64,000 bases of DNA from Mustelus asterias (taxonomy: Eukaryota), in the NCBI RefSeq assembly GCF_964213995.1, contig NC_135830.1, forward strand, positions 5,022,001 to 5,086,000. Direction: 5' to 3'. Shown one piece after another: positions 11,772 to 23,685 of this stretch; position 1 is the stretch's first letter, and each line of letters opens with the position of its first letter. The position numbers and the translations under genes are program-made. A model generated the notes under the pieces. The model was not told the origin of the DNA, did no database searches, and worked only from the letters and a program-made list of their open reading frames with translations.

Positions 11772-12908
11772 TTCATTCAGCTTTCTCATGTCGGGTGAGA
11801 GAACATTGCTTTATTTCAGTTTGATGCTCAACATCATCAGAACTTCAATGTGAAAGGCATGTTATCATTGCTCTGACGTCACCGTCAAATGCTTTCTGTG
11901 AAATAAGAAACGCTTCTTTTTTGACGCACTGACAGGAAATTTCGATTTTGACACCGAGCACGTTTTCGCATCTCGTTCAGTCGACAACAGAATTTAATGG
12001 GTTTATAGGTGCAGACTAATATGGTTAATCGCCATCTGAAATATCTGACAGTAGTGTGTGCTCAAAAAGACAGATACAAGTGATACTGTAAGTGAACGAG
12101 AGGAAACGGCGTACATTTCACAGAAGATTCTTTTTAAAAATCGTTTTTCATCACCAAAACACGAGAAGCCACTCAGACAGATGAGGAAATCGAGACTCGA
12201 TGCGGATCTACGAGACTTTCCTGTAAAGGGCCGGAATTTATGCGCATGAATGTTTCACGCCCATAATAAAAAAAGGCTCAAGGGTCACTGGCAGATAACT
12301 CTTAAATCTCTTCCATTTCGATCTCGTTGACTTCTTAAAAAAAACGGACTATGTTCAATCTTAAAAATGCAATCTGTACTACCCGGTGACAAGATTCATT
12401 TTGTTGGTCAGTTAAGTTTGCAATTCAGTGATGTTCAATTTCAGAGATATTCAATTCATAATGAAGGCATATTTGTTAAATAATGCATTGATACCAAATA
12501 TTGAAACAAATATTGAGTACAATTGCACAATGAGCTTTTACAAAATGTCATCTCAACACGAAACGCCAGGTCGTTTCACACCTTATCGATGCTGCCAGTC
12601 TTTGTGAGACTTGCCAGAATTTTCCCTTTTCGTTTCCGATTCCAGCATCCGCAGTAATTTGCTTTTATGACTGAGTACAATTGATTGAGATTATTGGAAG
12701 GAAGATGAGAATGATGAAATGATGAAGGGGTAGAAATCATTGCTCCCTTAAATATTTTCCAGACGAACGCTTTTAACCTTTGATGTTCGGGATACGTCCT
12801 GCAATCAGATTGAAAGGAAAGGTTATAGAACATAGAACATAGAACAGTACAGCACAGAACAGGCCCTTCGGCCCGCGATGTTGTGCCGAGCTTTATCTGA
12901 AACCAAGA

Positions 12909-15743
12909 TCAAGCTATCCCACTCCCTATCATCCTGGTGTGCTCCATGTGCCTATCTAATAACCGCTTAAATGTTCCTAAAGTGTCTGACTCCACTATCA
13001 CTGCAGGCAGTCCATTCCACACCCCGACCACTCTCTGCGTAAAGAACCTACCTCTGATATCCTTCCTGTATCTCCCACCACGAACCCTATAGTTATGCCC
13101 CCTTGTAAGAGCTCCATCCACCCGAGGAAATAGTCTTTAAACGTTCACTCTATCTATCCCCTTCGTCATTTTATAAACCTCTATTAAGTCTCCCCTCAGC
13201 CTCCTCCGCTCCAGAGAGAACAGCCCTCGCTCCCTCAACCTTTCCTCATAAGACCTACCCTCCAAACCAGGCAGCATCCTGGTAAATCTCCTCTGCACTC
13301 TTTCTAGCGCTTCCACATCCTTCTTATAGTGAGGTGACCAGAACTGCACACAATATTCCAAATGTGGTCTCACCAAGGTCCTGTACAGTTGCAGCATAAC
13401 CCCACGGCTCTTAAACTCCAACCCCCTGTTAATAAAAGCAAACACACTATAGGCCTTCTTCACAGCTCTATCCACTTGAGTGGCAACCTTTAGAGATCTG
13501 TGGATACGAACCCCAAGATCTCTCTGTTCCTCCACAGTCTTCAGAACCCTACCTTTGACCCTGTAATCCACATTTAAATTAGTCCTACCAAAATGAATCA
13601 CCTCACATTTATCAGGGTTAAACTCCATTTGCCATTTTTCAGCCCAGCTTTGCATCCTATCTATGTCTCTTTGCAGCCTACAACAGCCCTCCACCTCATT
13701 CACTACTCCACCAATCTTGGTGTCATCGGCAAATTTACTGATCCACCCTTCAGCCCCCTTCTCTAAGTCATTAATAAAAATCACAAAGAGCAGAGGACCA
13801 AGCACTGATCCCTGCGGCACTCCGCAAGCAACCTGCCTCCAATCCGAAAGTTTTCCATCCACCACCACCCTCTGTCTTCGATCAGACAGCCAGTTACCGA
13901 TTCAATCGGCCAACTTTCCCTCTATCCCACACGTCCTCACTTTCATCATAAGCCGACCATGGGGGACCTTATCAAACGCCTTACTAAAATCCATGTATAT
14001 GATATCAGCTGCCCTACCTTCATCAAGACACTTAGTTACCTCCTCAACAAATTCGATTAAATTTGTGAGGCACGACTTGCCCTTCACAAATCCGTGCTGA
14101 CGATCCCGGATTAATCAGCATCTTTCTAAATGGTCGTAAATCCCATCTCTAAGGACCTTTTCCATCAATTTACCAACCACCGAAGTAAGACTAACCGGTC
14201 TATAATTACCAGGGTCATTTCTGTTCCCTTTCTTAAACAGAGGAACAACTTTCACCACTCTCCAGTCCTCTGGCACCATCCCCGTGGACAGCGAGGACCC
14301 AAAGATCAAAGCCAAAGGCTCTGCAATCTCATCCCTTGCCTCCCAAAGAATCCTCGGATACATTTCATCAGGCCCAAGGGACTTATCGACCTTCAGTTTA
14401 TTCAAAACTGTCAGTACATCCTCCCTCCGAACATCTATTTCCTCCAGCCTATTAGCCTGTAACACCTTCTCTTCCTCAAAAACATGGCCCCTCTCCTTGG
14501 TGAACACTGAAGAAAAGTATTCATTCATCACCTCGCCTATCTCTACTGACTCCATACACAAGTTCCCACTACTGTCCTTGACCGGCCCTAACCTTACCCT
14601 GGTCATTCTTTTATTCCTCACATAAGAGTAAAAAGCCTTGGGGTTTTCCTTGATCCGACCCGCCAAGGACTTCTCGTGTCCGCTCCTAGCTCTCCTAAGT
14701 CCCTTTTTCAGCTCATTCATTGCTAACTTGTAACCCTCAATCGAGCCATCTGAACCTTGTTTCCTCATCCCTACATAAGCTTCCCTCTTCCTTTTCACAA
14801 GACATTCCACCTCTTTTGTGAACCATGGTTCCCTCACTCGGCCATTTCCTCCCTGCCTGACAGGGACATACCTATCAAGGACATTCAGTATTTGTTCCTT
14901 GAAAAAGTTCCACTTTTCATTAGTTCCTTTCTCTGACAGTTTCTGTTCCCAACATATGCCCCCTAATTCTTGCCTAATCGCATCATAATTACCTCTCCCC
15001 CAATTGTAAACCTTGCCCTGCCGTACGGCCCTATCCCTCTCCATTGCAATAACAAAAGACACCGAATTGTGGTCACTATCTCCAAAGTGCTCTCCCACAA
15101 CCAAATCTAACACTTGGCCCGGTTCATTTACCAGGACCAAATCCAATGTGGCCTTACCTCTTGTCGGCCTATCCACATATTGTGTCAGGAAACCGTCCTG
15201 CACACACTGCACAAAAACTTCCCCATCCGAACTATTTGACCTCCAAAGGTTCCAATCAATATTTGGAAAGTTAAAGTCCCCCATGACAACTACCCTGTGA
15301 CCCCCACACATATCCATAATCTGCTTAGCAATTTCTTCCTCCACATCTATATTACTATTTGGGGGCCTATAGTAAACTCCTAACAACGTGACCACTCCTT
15401 TCCTATTTCTAACCTCAGCCCATATTACCTCAGTGTGCAGATCCCCCTCGAAGTGCCTTTTCACAGCCGTTAAACTATCCTTGATTAACAATGCCACTCC
15501 TCCACCTCTTTTACCAGCTTCCCCACACTTCGTGAAACATCTATACCCCGGAACGTCCAACAACCATTCCTGTCCTTGTTCTACCCACGTCTCCGTAATG
15601 GCCACAACATCGTAGTCCCAAGTACCAATCCACGCCCCAAGTTCATCTAACTTGTTCCGGATGCTCCTTGCATTGAAGTAGACACACTTCAACCGACCTT
15701 CCTGTCTACCGGTACCCACCTCTGACCCTGATACCTTCCCCAA
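12909..15743 (-). pseudogene. CR1 ORF2 (APE endonuclease + RT), one frame with three premature stops
   Basis: YFNARS, ITETW, GDFN and SDH endonuclease motifs; GVPQGSVLGP and FADD RT motifs. Four ORF-track pieces are in frame, separated by stops at 14115, 13902 and 13137. Confidence 0.95.
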
Positions 15744-15786
15744 TACCTCACCACCCTCACTAACTTCTGGACTACAACTCCTTTTC

Positions 15787-16726
15787 CCACTCCCCTGACA
15801 AATTAGTTTAACCCCCCTGAAGAGCCGTCACAAATTTCCCTCCTAGGATATTGGTGCCCCTCTGGTTCAGGTGCACCCCGTCCTGTTTGTACAGGTTCCA
15901 CCTTCCCCAGAATGTGTTCCAATTATCCACGTACCTGAAACCCTCCCTCCTACACCATCCCTGCAACCACATGTTTAACTGCACTCTCCCTGTTCCTCAA
16001 CTAGCTATCACGTGGCACCGGCAATGTACCAGAGATGACCACATGTTTTGTCTTGGCTCTCAGCTTCCAGCCCAGCTCCAGAAATTCCTGCTTTAAATCC
16101 CTGTCCCTTCTCTTACCTATGTCATTGGTACCAATGTGTACCACGACTTGTGACTGTTTCCCCTCCCCCTTCAGAATCCGGAAAACACGGTCTGAGACGT
16201 CACGGACCTTGGCATCTGGTAGGCAACATACCATCCGTGAGTCTCTTTTGCTGCCACAGAACCTCCTATCTATCCCTCTAACTAACGAGTCCCCAATAAC
16301 TATTGCCCTCCCGCTCTGCCCCTTACCCTCCCGAGCCACAGAGACGGACACAGTGCTGGAGATCCTCTCACTGCAGCTCACCACTGGTATGTCATCCCCC
16401 TCAACTGTATCCAAAGTGGAATACTTGTTGCTAAGGGGAACGACCACCGGGGATCCCTGCACGGACTGCTTCCTCCCAGCCCCCCTCACAGTCACCCATC
16501 TGTTTTCATTCCGCGGAGTGACTGTATTCCTAAAGCTTCTGTCTATGGCCACCTCTGCGTCCCTGATGATCCTAAGTTCATCCAACTCCAGCTCCAGTTC
16601 CCTAGCACGGTTTTGGAGGAGCTGCAGATGGGTGCACTTCCCACAGATGTAATCAGCAGGGACACCGTCGTCGTCCCTCACCTCAAACATAGTGCAAGAG
16701 GAATATAGCACTGTCTGCACACCCAT
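15787..16726 (-). pseudogene. CR1 ORF1 (zinc finger/leucine zipper + SGNH esterase), disrupted near 16001
   Basis: CGKC plus heptad leucines, IVIGDSL and HIGTND motifs; DGVH follows after a stop/frameshift. Confidence 0.9.
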
Positions 16727-17210
16727 CCCCTCTAGATACCTTGCCAGTACCAGGTAGAAACAGCAAAAATGAATTAAACTCACCCCTGCTCGCCCTTTCT
16801 GCCTAAGCCCTGTGAGCCAAAGCCTTATAGCTCACACTCTGCTTCCCACTCACTACGCTGCCCGCTCCCGACGCTGCCCACTCTATACTGCAGCCTACCT
16901 TTTATACTTCACGCGCTTAAAAAACCCTTCCCAGACTCCTTAGCAGCCCACTTCCAGTTTTCACTTTAAACTTAAAATACTACTGCAAAAGTAAAGGCCA
17001 AAAAAAAACACACACTAGCTGACTCATTAAATAAACAAACAATTCAATTAATCTCTCACCAGCACTGCTGCCTCCAATCACTCCCTCTCAGCTTGCTCCA
17101 GTGGAACAAAATTAAGTGCCCTGGGTTCTCAGTCCAACCATCCGAACCTGCAGCAACACAGCGTCTTTGGACATTGCAGACAGACAGGTTTGCTCCCGGT
17201 GCCTCAAGCT

Positions 17211-17283
17211 GTTTCTGCAGTGTAGTGGTTATCACGCTCGCCTCACACGCGAAAAGTTCTCGGTTCGAAACCGGGCGGAAACA
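17211..17283 (+). tRNA. tRNA-Val(CAC), best-preserved array copy; function uncertain
   Basis: 73 nt with GG D-loop and TTCGAAA T-loop. U8 is C and there is a C:A mismatch at the top of the anticodon stem. Confidence 0.8.
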
Positions 17284-18434
17284 TTCATTAAGCTTTGCTA
17301 CGTCGGGTAAGGTAAAATTGCTTGATTTCAGTTTGTTGCTTATCGTTTTCCGAGCCTCGATGTGAAAGGCATGTTATCATTGCTCTGACATCACCCTCAA
17401 ATGCGTTTTGTGAATTATGAAACTCTTTTTTTTGACGCACTGACAGGAAAGTTCGATTTTGACACCGAGCACTTATTCGCATCTCGTTCAGTCTACAACA
17501 TAATTTAATGGGTTTATCCGTGCAGACTAATATGGTTAATCACCATCTGAAATATCTGACAGTAGTGTGTGCTCAAAAAGAAAGATACAAGTGATACTGT
17601 AAGTGAACGAGAGGAAATGGCGCACATTTCACGGAAGAATCTTTTTTTAAAAATCGTTTTTCGTCACTGAGAAACGGGAAAAGTCACTCAGACAGATGAG
17701 GGAATCGAGTGTCAGTGCGGATCGACTGGACGTTGCTAAATGGGCCGGAATTTATGCGCCTGAATGTTTCACGCCCCTAAAAGAAAAGGCTCAAATGTCA
17801 TGAACAGATAATTCTCGATTTTTCTCCATTTATTTGGAGTTTACTTTGTTTAAAAGCTGACGATAGTCAATCTCAAAATTGCGATCTGTATTACCCGGTG
17901 ATTCGCTTCGTTCTGTTGGACAGTTATGTTTGCAATTCAGTGATGTTCAATTTCAGAGATATTCAATTAATGATGAAGACATATGTGTTAAATAATTCAT
18001 TGATACTAAATAGTGTAACAAATACTGAGTACAATTGTACAATGAGCTTGGATAAAGTGTCATCTGGACTCGAAACGTCCGCCCTTTTCACCCCTTACAG
18101 GTGCTGTCAGACATTGTGAGATTTTGCAGCATTTTCTCTTTTTTTATCCGCAGTAATTTGCTTTTATTACTGAGTACAATTGATTGAGATTATTCGAAGA
18201 AAGATGAAAATGATGCATTAATGAATGGGCAGAAATCATTGCTCCCTTAGATATTTGCGAGACGAACGCTTTTAACTTTTGATGTTCGGGATACGTCGTG
18301 CAATCAGATTGAAAATAACGGTTATCTTCCTCAATTAAGTGATACGGGCTCTCAGTCGAACCATCGGAACCTGCAGCAAAACAGCGTAGTTGAACACTGC
18401 AGACAGGCAGATTTGGTCCAGTGCCCTTTAAGCT

Positions 18435-18507
18435 TTTGCGTTCGTGCAGTGGTTATCACGTTCGCCTAACACGCCAAAAATCCCCGGATCGAAACCAGGC
18501 AGAAACG
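18435..18507 (+). pseudogene. tRNA-Val(AAC) pseudogene
   Basis: Acceptor stem broken; T-loop GGATCGA. Confidence 0.8.
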
Positions 18508-18522
18508 TTCATTAAGCTTTCT

Positions 18523-19840
18523 CATAAGAACATAAGAAACAGGAGCAGGAGTAGGCCATCTAGCCCCTCGAACCTGCCCCGCCATTCAATAAGATCATGG
18601 CTGATCTGAAGTGGATCCGTTCCACTTAACCGCCTGATCCCTACAACCCCTAATTCCCTTACCGATCAGGAATCCATCTATCCGTGATTTAAACATATTC
18701 AACGAGGTAGCCTCCACCACTTCAGTGGGCAGAGAATTCCAGAGATTCACCACCCTCCGAGAGAAGAAGTTCCTCCTCAACTCTGTCCTAAACTGACCCC
18801 CCTTTATTTTGAGGCTGTGCCCTCCAGTTCTCGCTTCTTTCTAAGTGGAAAGAACCTCTCCACCTGTACCCTATCCAGCCCCTTCATTATCTTATAGGCC
18901 TCTATAAGATCCCCGCTCAGCCTTCTAAATTCCAACGAGTGCAAACCCAATCTGCTCAATCTCTCCTCATAATCAACACCCCTCATCTGGTAGCAACCTG
19001 CTGAACCTTCCCTGCACTCCCTCCAAGGCCAATATATCCTTCCACAAATAAGGGGACCAATACTGCACACAGCTGCGACCCCACAATGCCCTGCACAGAT
19101 GCAGCAAGACATCTCTGCTTTTATATTCTATCCCCCTTGCGATATAGGCCAACATCCCCTTTACCATCTTGATCACCTGTTGCACCTGCAGACTGGGTTT
19201 TTGTGTCTCATGCACAAGGACCCCCAGGTCCCTTTGCACAGTAGCATGTTGTAATTTTTTTCCATTTAGATAATAATCCAATTTGCTATTATTTCCTCCA
19301 AAGTGAATAACCTTGCATTTGTCAACATTATACTCCATCTGCCAGATCCTCGCCCACTCACTCAGCCTGTCCAAATCTCTCTGCAGACCTTCTACGCCCT
19401 CCACACGATTCACTTTTCCACTTATCATTGTGTCGTCTGCAAACTTTGTTACCCTACACTCAGTCCCCTCCTCCAGATCGTCTATATAAATGGTACCGAT
19501 CCCTGCGGCACGCCACTAGTTACCATCCGCCAACCAGAAAAGCACCCATTTATACCGACTCCCTGCATCCTGTCAGATAGCCAATCCCCGATCCACGCTA
19601 ACACCCTACCCCCAACTCCGTGTGACCCAATCTTCTTCAGCAAGCTTTTGTGAGGCACCTTATCAAACGCCTTTTGGAAATCCACCGGTTCCCCTCCGTC
19701 AACCGCACTAGTCACATCTTCGTAAAAATCCAACAAGCTCGTCAAGCACGACTTTCCCCTCATGAATCCATGCTGCGTCTGCTTTATCGAACCATTCTTA
19801 TCCAGATGGCCTGCTATTTCTTCTTTAATGATGGATTCAT
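18523..19840 (-). mobile_element. 5'-truncated CR1 LINE (RT to 3' tail)
   Basis: [16 protein letters not shown] and GVPQGS motifs; CATAAGAA tail repeats; TCAT at both junctions. Confidence 0.9.
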
Positions 19841-20973
19841 ATCGGGTAAGGGAAAATTGCTTGACTTCAGTTGGTTGGTCAACGTTTTTCGAACCCCGAT
19901 GTTAAAGGCATGTTATCATTGATCTGGCATCACTCTCAAATGCTTTGTGTGAAATAAGAATCCATTTGTTTTTGACGCACTGACAGGACAGTTCGATTTT
20001 TACACCGAGCACATATTCGCATCTCGTTCAGCCGACAACAGAATTTAATGGGTTAAGAGGTGCAGACTAATATGGTTAATCACCATCTGAAATATCTGAC
20101 AGTAGTGTGTGCTCAAAAAGACAGATACAAGTGATACTGTAAGTGAACTAGAGGAAATGACGCACATTTCACAGAAGAATCTTTTTAAAAATAGTTTTTC
20201 GTCACTAAGAAACAGGAAAAGCCACTCAGACAGATGAGGGAATGGAGACTCAATGCGGATCTACTGGACTTTCCTGTAAAGGGCCGGAATTTATGCGCCT
20301 GAATGTTTCACGCCCATAATTAAAAAGACTCAAGTGTCACGAACAGATAATTCTTAATTCCCCTCCATTTAAATGTAGTTGACTTTGTTGAAAAGCTGAC
20401 GAGAGTCAATCTCAAATGTGCGATCTGTATTACCCGGTGATTCGCTTCGTTCTGTTGGTCAGTTATGTTTGCAATTCAGTGATGTTCAATTTCAGAGATA
20501 TTAAATTCATAATGAAGTCATATGTGTTAAATAATGCATTGATACTAAATAGTGAAACAAATACTGAGTACAATTGTCCAATGAGCTTTGATAAAGTGTC
20601 ACCTGGATTCGAAACGTCCGCCCTTTTCACTCCTTACAGGTGCTGTCAGACATTGTGAGATTTTGCAGCATTTTCTCTTTTCTCATCCGCAGTAATTTGC
20701 TTTTATTAGTGAGTACAATTGATTGAGATTATTCGAAGAAAGATGAAAATGATGCATTAACGAATGGGCAGAAATTATTGCTCCCTTAGATATTTGCGAG
20801 ACGAACGCTTTTAAATTTTGATGTACGGGATAAGTCGTACGATCAGATTGAAAGTAACGGTTATCTTCCTGAATTGAGTGCCATGGGCTCTCAGTCTCAC
20901 CATCGAAACCTGCAGCAACACAGCGTAGTTGAAAATTGCAGACAGGCAGATTTGTTTCAGCATGTTTCCAGCT

Positions 20974-21046
20974 GTTTCTGTAGTGTTGTGGTTTTCATGT
21001 TCGCCTAACACGCGAAAAGTTCCCGGTTCGAAATCGGGCAGAAACA
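20974..21046 (+). tRNA. tRNA-Val(AAC), mildly degenerate
   Basis: Acceptor (GTTTCTG/CAGAAAC), anticodon and T stems pair; A14 and D-loop changes. Confidence 0.8.
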
Positions 21047-22204
21047 TTCATTAAACTTTCCCATGTCGGGTTACGGAAAATTGTTTTATTTCAGTTTGTT
21101 GCTCATCATGATCCGAGCCTCGATGTGAAAGGCATGTTATTGCTCTGACAGGACCCTCAAATGCTTTCTGTGAAATAAGAAACGCTATTTTTTGACGCAC
21201 TGACAGGAAAGTTCGATTTTGACACCGAGCACTTATTCGCATCTCGTTCAGTCTACAACAGAATGTAATGGGTTTAAAGGTCCAGACTAATATGGTTAAT
21301 CACCATCTGAAATATCTGACAGCAGTGTGTGCTCTAAAAGATAGATACAAGTGATACTGTAAGTGAACTAGAGGAAATGCGCACATTTCACAGAAGATTC
21401 TTTTTAAAAATCGTTTTTCGCCACTAAGAAACAGGAAAAACCACTCAGACAGATGAGGGAATCGAGCCTCAGTGCGGATCGACTGGACTTCACTGTAAAG
21501 GGCCGAAATGTATGCGCCTGAATACTTCACGCCCATAATAAAAAACTGCTCAAGAGTCACTATCAGATAATTCTTAACTCCCTCCCATTTAGATGTGGTT
21601 GACTTTTAAAAAGCTGACTATGTCCAATCTTAAAATTGCGATCTGTATTACCAGGTGACTCGATCCCTTCTGTTGCTCAGTTATGTTTGCAAATCAGTGA
21701 TGTTCAATTCCTGAGATATTCAATTCAGAATGAAGACATGTGTGTTCAATAATGCATTGATACTAAATATTGAAACAAATACTGAGTACAATTGTACAAT
21801 GAGCTTTGCCGAAGTGCCATCGGGACTCGAAACCTCAGCCATTTTGACTCCTTCCAGCTGCTGTCAGACATTGTGAGATTTGCCAGAATTTTCCTTTTTG
21901 GTTTCCAAATCTAGCCGCCGCAGTAATTTGCTTTTATTACTGAGTACAATTGGTTGAGATTCTTCGAAGGAAGATGAGAATGATGCATTAATGAATGGGC
22001 AGAAATCATTGTTCCCTTAGATATTTGCGAGACGAGCGCTTTTAATTGTTGAAGTTTAAGATAAGTTGAGCAATCAGATCGAGAGTAACGGTTATCTTCC
22101 CGAATTTAGTGACACGGGCTCTCAGTCAAACCATTGGAACCTGCAGCAACACAGCACAGTTTAACATTGCCGACAGGCCGATTTGTTGTAACGTCGTGTC
22201 ACCT

Positions 22205-22277
22205 GGTTCTGTAGAGTAGTGGTTATCACGTTTTCTTCATACGTGAAAAGTTCTTGGTTCCAAACCGGCTCGAAACA
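22205..22277 (+). pseudogene. terminal tRNA-Val pseudogene (loop reads CAT)
   Basis: Val body with disrupted stems and B box (GTTCCAA). Confidence 0.75.
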
Positions 22278-22326
22278 TTCCTTAACATTTTCATGGAGAG
22301 GTCACCCTGTCACTCTGGCAGTGTTT

Positions 22327-22365
22327 TCTTTTCATACCAGGCTCCCTCTGGTTTCTGTCACTGCG
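22327..22365 (-). other. degenerate 23-bp-spacer recombination signal sequence
   Basis: CGCAGTG + 23 nt + ATGAAAAGA directly after YYCGLR. Both elements deviate from CACAGTG/ACAAAAACC. Confidence 0.55.
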
Positions 22366-23294
22366 TTTCTCAGTCCACAGTAATACACCGCGCTGTCCGA
22401 CAATCACAGCTGACACATGCTGAAATTCCCCTTGCTTTTCGACCTCTCGATATATGCAGAAAATCGAATGCCCACACACTCTGCACCGGAAATATCTCCA
22501 TAATAAGAGATACAGATCAAGAAGATGGGGGCTTTCTCCGTTCTTTTTGCTGGGAGCCTTCTCCCGGTCCTGGCGATACAATTGAATGTAATATGCAACA
22601 GCTGCTGAGCAGTTAACCTATTGGTCACCGGGCCATTGAGTTTAAAAATTGGTGAGTCATATTGCAGCTTTATAGAACCTTAGTTAGGCCGCACTTGGAA
22701 TATAGTTTTCAATTTTGGTCGCCACACTACCAGAAGGATGTTGAGGCTTTGGAGACGGTACAGAAAAGACTTACCAGGATGTTGCCTGGCAGGGAGGACA
22801 TTAGCTACGAGGAAAGGTTGGAGAAACTTGGTTTGTTCTCACTGGATCGACTGAGGGGCGACCTGATAGAAGTCTACAAGCTGATGAGGGGCATGGACAG
22901 AGTGGATAGTCAGAAGTTTTTTCCCAGGGTGGAAGAGTCAATTACTCGGGGGCATAGGTTTAACGTGCGAGGGGCAAGGTTTAAAGGAGATGTACGAGGC
23001 AAGTGTTTTACACAGAGGGTGGTGGGTGCCTGCCGGGGGAGGGAATGGAAGGAGATACGATAGTGAGTTTTAAGGGGAGTCCGGACAAATACATGAATAG
23101 GATAGGAATAGAGGGATACGGTCCCCGGAAGGGTAGGGGGTTTTAGTTCAGTCGGGTAGCGTGATCGGTGCAGGCTTGGAGGCCGAAGGGCCTGTTGCTG
23201 TGCTGTAATTTTCTTTGTTCTTTGTTCTTTGAGTCCCATTCAAAATTCATCGCTGTAACCGGCTCCTTTGATATTGAGTCTCCAGTCGTGGCAC
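22366..23294 (-). pseudogene. T-cell receptor alpha/delta-type V segment pseudogene, split by CR1 insertion
   Basis: ATTGDSISKEPVTAMNFEWDS|VT..VNCSAAVAYYIQLYRQDREKAP..IFLI..RFSAYIERSKSKGNFSM..LSDSAVYYCGLR. Frameshifts, a stop and a mutated acceptor. Confidence 0.85.
22631..23230 (+). mobile_element. CR1 LINE 3' fragment
   Basis: QLYRTLVRPHLEY...LRGDLIEVYK; TTCTTTG tail repeats. Same subfamily as 32960-33770. Confidence 0.9.
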
Positions 23295-23439
23295 CGGCAG
23301 AAATTTAGAAATATTGAAAGATAAGATATTATTATCATTCTATTGTAACTCATAACATCAGGACACGGATCACATTATCATCAGCATGAAAGCGGAATTA
23401 AATTACTGTCGACATCGCTTGCACGAAGAAATTTATGTC

Positions 23440-23685
23440 CCTTGCAGACTTACCAGGCAAAAGAGCTGAAACAAGGACACTAAGGGCAATTTTTTAGCAT
23501 GGCCAATCAACCTAACCCGCACATCTTTGGACTGTGGGGGAAAACCGGAGCACCCGGAGGAAACCCACGCAGACACGAGGAGAATGTGCAAACTCCACAC
23601 AGACAGTGACCCAAGCCAGGAATCGAACCCGGGTCCCGATAGCTGTGAAGCAGCAGTGCGAACCACTGTGCTACCGTGCCGCCCA
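23440..23685 (-). mobile_element. HE1-type V-SINE (tail truncated)
   Basis: GGGCGGCACGGTAGCACAGTGG head plus V-domain. Confidence 0.85.

Larger units (their letters stand above)
12826..17100 (-). mobile_element. near full-length, young CR1 (HER1-like) LINE
   Basis: 5' UTR, ORF1, ORF2 and a (TTCTATG)n 3' tail (TAGAACA repeats from 12826). Inserted in an array spacer. Confidence 0.95.
5180..22296 (+). repeat. tandem array of ~1.22 kb tRNA-Val-containing units (about 12 full or partial units)
   Basis: tRNA-Val copies start at 5383, 5772, 6819, 8828, 9258, 10474, 11698, 17211, 18435, 20974 and 22205. Uninterrupted spacing is 1216-1231 bp with colinear spacers. Confidence 0.95.

Noticed and set aside
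12909-15743. Stop-codon readthrough or recoding of CR1 ORF2
   Set aside because: The stops are mixed (TGA, TGA, TAA), and each is one substitution from the expected Gly, Trp or Gln codon.
16035-16652. 205-aa plus-strand ORF and similar antisense ORFs (463, 13663, 14284, 42569)
   Set aside because: Antisense shadows of CR1 ORFs.
8290-20658. Recurring 73-aa ORF (MIRFVLLVSYVCNSV...) in array units
   Set aside because: It recurs only because the unit is repeated, mostly starts at GTG, and runs across a Penelope-like insertion junction.
22205-22277. Val-bodied tRNA with CAT anticodon as a recoding tRNA
   Set aside because: The anticodon stem, acceptor stem and B box are all broken; this is neutral decay.
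5180-22296. CRISPR-like or prokaryotic defence interpretation of the periodic repeats
   Set aside because: Whole 1.2 kb units repeat with no unique spacers, there are no cas genes, and the context is vertebrate.
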